Origin: Haliotis rufescens
Taxonomy: Eukaryota
Assembly (NCBI RefSeq): GCF_023055435.1
Contig: NW_025963779.1
Location: 10,540,001-10,604,000, forward strand
DNA length: 64,000 nucleotides
Direction: 5' to 3'
The notes beneath the pieces are model-generated. The model saw only the letters and a program-made list of their open reading frames with translations. It made no database searches and was not told the origin of the DNA. Of this stretch, positions 61,601 to 64,000 are shown piece by piece (within the stretch, counting starts at the first letter, position 1; every line of letters starts with the position of its first letter). The translations under genes were made by a program, and so were the position numbers.

Positions 61601-63070
61601 TTCAATGTTTTTGATTTTTGAACAACCCTACCGTAATGGCGTTTTTGTCTGAACTTTTCCGCTTCACGGTTTATCGACCAATGGGGTCGTATTGCAGGGT
61701 GTGAATTATTGAGGTTTCTGTATTCTGAAGGTTGACCCACCTCCAAACCGTCCGATACAGATGCATTAAGGAGTAATGCAGGATAAGTAAAAAATTTAGT
61801 AAAATCTAAATATTTTTTACATTTGTATACTTATCCTGCATTACTACGCTTAAGGCCCACCCGTCGTTAGACTTGCCTCCCCACTTTGGCTTCAGAAACC
61901 TCAAAAGTATGTTTTTCTAAGAGCTTGGGCGACAGGCAGTGATGTGAAGATGACCTTAGGTGTCATCAAGGTCACAGGACAGCGACGGAAGGCCACTGAT
62001 TGGGACTTGAGAACAACAACTTTGTTTCTTCACCCAGGACCTTCGCAGCGCTGTCCTTCTAGTTGTCGTAAGTAAGCAGTGAATGCATTAAGGAGTAATG
62101 CAGGATAAGTATACAAATGTAAAAAATATTTAGATTTTACTAATATTATTCATGATAAAGAAATAGTTTTCAGATACAATTTTTCCTTCAAAATCCTTTA
62201 TAGTTATTTCATTGGGTAAGATGTAACCAAATCACTGGTAGATTCCAAGAAAACATGTGTACAGCTGATTGATGTTTCCGGCTTAGTTTACGAGAAAATA
62301 CACAAGGTAATCTTAATCCCTGGATGTAAAACGATGCCCAGCAGAACAAACAATACAATTTAAACAGTAAATCAACATGTCTGGTGATTTTTATTTCAAA
62401 TTTTAAATTTGTACTAACCAAGTTTCTTTGACTCATATGGATTTTGTACAAATTTGGTGGCATATATTGTTTGGGACACCATAGGATTCCATTTGATTCT
62501 TATGATGCTGACTTGAAACTAAAAATAACTGAGTGTTTTCAGTATGGGACTTGTTCTTATATAACAAGTAGAAGAGAGTAGCACTACAGATGAAATATGA
62601 TTAACCCTCACAAGATATTTGACCCGATTATTTCTTGCTTTGTCAGTACTATATTCTAGCTTGTGGGTTTCAACAAAGTAGTAACTGTCAAAGACCTGCA
62701 TCACTTCTGGCTTTGCTCCCACTTCAAACTGACACACCATGGTATAACTGAAGTAGTATGCGTTCACTCTCTCACTCTCTACATGAAAAGTAACATAGAA
62801 ATATCTACTATATTAACATAACTTCCATCATCGCCAATTACTCACTTCAGGAACTAAAGAAGGCTGGCAAGAAGCACCATAGAGACAAGAGTGATTATAA
62901 TTATGAAAGCGGTTCCTCAAGTGGGTCAATAAGCTCGTCTGAATCAGAATCGGATGACAATGAGCCTCTGCCCCCAGGGGTGGATAATGATGGGGAGCCC
63001 CTCCCTGCTGGGGAAACGGACATCTACAGTCTGGATGAGGACAAACAAGAGAAGAAGGTCAAGGAAGATG
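43601..63070 (+). CDS. SRRT: Serrate RNA effector / ARS2, 5' partial (continues beyond window)
   Basis: join(43601..43719,44561..44725,45790..46023,47654..47827,49317..49486,52936..53053,53722..53815,55558..55653,62851..63070,...), phases consistent. Motifs [47 protein letters not shown]...[17 protein letters not shown] and [16 protein letters not shown]. The last three low-complexity exons are less certain. Confidence 0.93.
45307..45432. mobile_element. Tc1-derived MITE in a TA run
   Basis: CTACTCAAAAGAAGTTAAAGAACACCC ... GGGTGTTCTTTAACTTCTTGTGAGTAG; same TIR as the 20581 element; TA-repeat flanks. Confidence 0.8.
46547..46716 (+). mobile_element. tRNA-derived SINE family A
   Basis: A box and B box (GGTTCGATTCC); TSD TCAAACAT(G/T)GACT. 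Confidence 0.88.
46816..47097 (+). mobile_element. tRNA-derived SINE family C (others ~7590-7745 -, 17850-18100, 18290-18512, 28488-28660, 32700-32930, 62620-62780)
   Basis: A box GGTGGCCCAGTTGTCTAAGGCG, B box GGTTCGAATCC, shared body CTAGGTTTGTCAGCAC...GACCTGCATCACTT, (ACTC)n tail. Confidence 0.85.
47385..47622 (+). mobile_element. High-copy SINE-like family B (others ~4030-4295 -, 5460-5702, 20820-21028, 21770-21945, 23140-23330, 29265-29480 -, 34153-34372 -, 40295-40535 -, 54320-54505)
   Basis: Shared core GCTCATGATGTCAATCACTGGATTGTCTGGTCCAGAC..GATTATTTACAGACC and (CAAA)n tail in at least 10 copies. Confidence 0.85.
49932..50438. mobile_element. ~510-bp MITE, copy 2, with 10-bp TSD
   Basis: TIRs CAATCTCATTAAAAT.../...ATTTTAATGAGATTG flanked by CTGTTGATGA at 49922-49931 and 50439-50448. 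Confidence 0.9.
50450..52250 (+). mobile_element. Second, older truncated DIRS-like relic (boundaries approximate)
   Basis: ORF 51642..52196 C-terminus ([36 protein letters not shown]...EYVLHL) aligns by eye with the YR N-terminal region in ORF 60099 ([19 protein letters not shown]...DDKW...EYLLH). Confidence 0.65.
53375..53711. repeat. 82-bp tandem repeat, 4 near-identical copies plus a partial
   Basis: CTGTTTGTC starts at 53375, 53457, 53539, 53621 and 53703. Confidence 0.97.
54838..55306. mobile_element. Inverted-repeat non-autonomous DNA element
   Basis: ATTGTGCACTTTGAGTTAAAAGCATGA..TTGGTAC and its reverse complement at ~55269-55305; internal repeated AAGATGGCCGCC. Confidence 0.7.
55841..56023 (+). 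repeat. DIRS left inverted terminal repeat
   Basis: Reverse complement of 61929-62111 with one mismatch near the inner end. Confidence 0.95.
57766..58070 (+). repeat. 97-bp GC-rich tandem repeat (~3 copies) inside DIRS
   Basis: CTGCGC(C/T)GAGCGCAGC recurs at 57766, 57863, 57960 and 58051. Confidence 0.9.
58752..61486 (+). pseudogene. Frameshifted RT/RNase H/MT and tyrosine recombinase ORFs of the DIRS element
   Basis: Domains are split over ORF fragments 58752, 59466, 59878, 60099, 60564, 60832 and 60947 by stops and frame changes. Confidence 0.85.
61761..61845. repeat. DIRS internal complementary region (ICR)
   Basis: First half is complementary to the element's left end; second half is complementary to the right end and its extension (TACAAATGTAAAAAATATTTAGATTTTACTAA). 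Confidence 0.9.
61929..62111 (-). repeat. DIRS right inverted terminal repeat
   Basis: Reverse complement of 55841-56023, followed by a 3' extension to 62143. Confidence 0.95.
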
Positions 63071-63532
63071 GTGAGTTGGATGTTGCTGGATAAATAGTGT
63101 TGGTATTCTTTCTGTTGGCTCGGTGGTTAAGTGTTTTAACTCATACTGAAGAACTGTGTTCGATTTCCACACTGGAAGAAGTTGTCTTGATGTCCCTGAT
63201 GTGATAGTCCTGGATTATTGCTATGAGTAGCATTAAGCCCTATTTACTCATATGTCTTTGAGTATTTCCAGGACAGGGTAGAAGTTGTCAGTGTATGTAT
63301 ATGTTCAGATGAAGGGGAATCTGGGGATTTTATTCTTTTTAAATGATTCTCGTTGTGAGTGTAAAAATCTGCTATACTGAATTTTAAAGATTTTTTAGAC
63401 TTTATATGGCAGTCAGGGAGTTTAGTTGCTTGTCTGATGCCCAAATCTGGTATAATCCTGTTCGGCTGGTAAGCTCAGCTAATAACAGTCCATATTATGA
63501 CACTAAAATCAACTGAATATGATCCTTAGAGC

Positions 63533-63932
63533 TAGGGCTGTAACGATTCACCGATACCTACGATATCATCACAGCCTTAGGTGCACATGATACTTGAATC
63601 AGTATGTGAGATCGTGATATGCTATAAATAGAACAGGAAGTATGGGAGTTACCTCCCGTAATGACAGAAGTAAGATAGCGCCACCTGTAGCACATGCCGA
63701 CTAACTGTTACATTTAATAATCATCCCTTCATTTAAATTTTTTTTTTTTCTTGTGGTTTTCATTAATAAAGCTTGTGAGATAACAATAAATAAATGTAGG
63801 AGGAAAGAGGTTTCAGAGCTGTATTTCATTGTTTCTTACTATTTGATGTGGTATATTGTGATACCTGAAGTATCGCCAGTCTGTATCATGATACAAATCG
63901 TATCGCAAGATACCAAGCGATACTCAGCTCTA
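63533..63932. mobile_element. hAT-type MITE
   Basis: TAGGGCTG...CAGCTCTA termini, CGATA-rich subterminal motifs, 8-bp TSD CTTAGAGC/CTTTGAGC. Confidence 0.8.
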
Positions 63933-64000
63933 CTTTGAGCCAACTTTGTGCCAGTATGCCCAAAGGACTTGAGGGGGTAGTAGTGGTGAAAGTGTTCTTT

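Larger units (their letters stand above)
55834..62143 (+). mobile_element. DIRS1-like tyrosine-recombinase retrotransposon, complete termini, decayed ORFs, in an SRRT intron
   Basis: 183-bp inverted terminal repeats at 55841-56023 and 61929-62111 (182/183 identical), and an internal complementary region at ~61761-61845. Remnants of RT (AVEWV...PGFY...LV.KD..KMR.I.NL), RNase H ([28 protein letters not shown]), methyltransferase-like domain (IDLF...[14 protein letters not shown]) and YR ([30 protein letters not shown]). Confidence 0.92.

Overview
AT-rich, intron-rich animal genomic DNA, not prokaryotic. The repeat families look molluscan (gastropod-like), which is an inference. Six spliced genes could be assembled by hand with frame-consistent exons: TSEN34 (+), an Emi1/Emi2-family F-box/ZBR APC/C inhibitor (FBXO43/FBXO5-like, -), POLR2K (+, with a U12-type intron), TTC32 (+), SNRNP40 (-) and the 5' part of SRRT/ARS2 (+, runs off the window). 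FBXO43-like/POLR2K and SNRNP40/SRRT form two head-to-head pairs. Introns and intergenic DNA hold several SINE families, MITEs, Tc1 relics, a LINE 3' fragment, a Helentron-type element, tandem arrays, and a 6.3-kb DIRS-type tyrosine-recombinase retroelement with near-perfect termini but decayed ORFs. The most interesting signals are: (1) two 26-30 bp P-element-like footprints with perfect 7-bp target duplications in promoters; (2) a candidate poison exon in SRRT intron 5; (3) the apparently non-autonomous DIRS element; (4) the FBXO43-POLR2K divergent pair, matching the human arrangement; (5) an Emi protein lacking the D-box arginine. No CRISPR array, rRNA or genuine tRNA gene was found.
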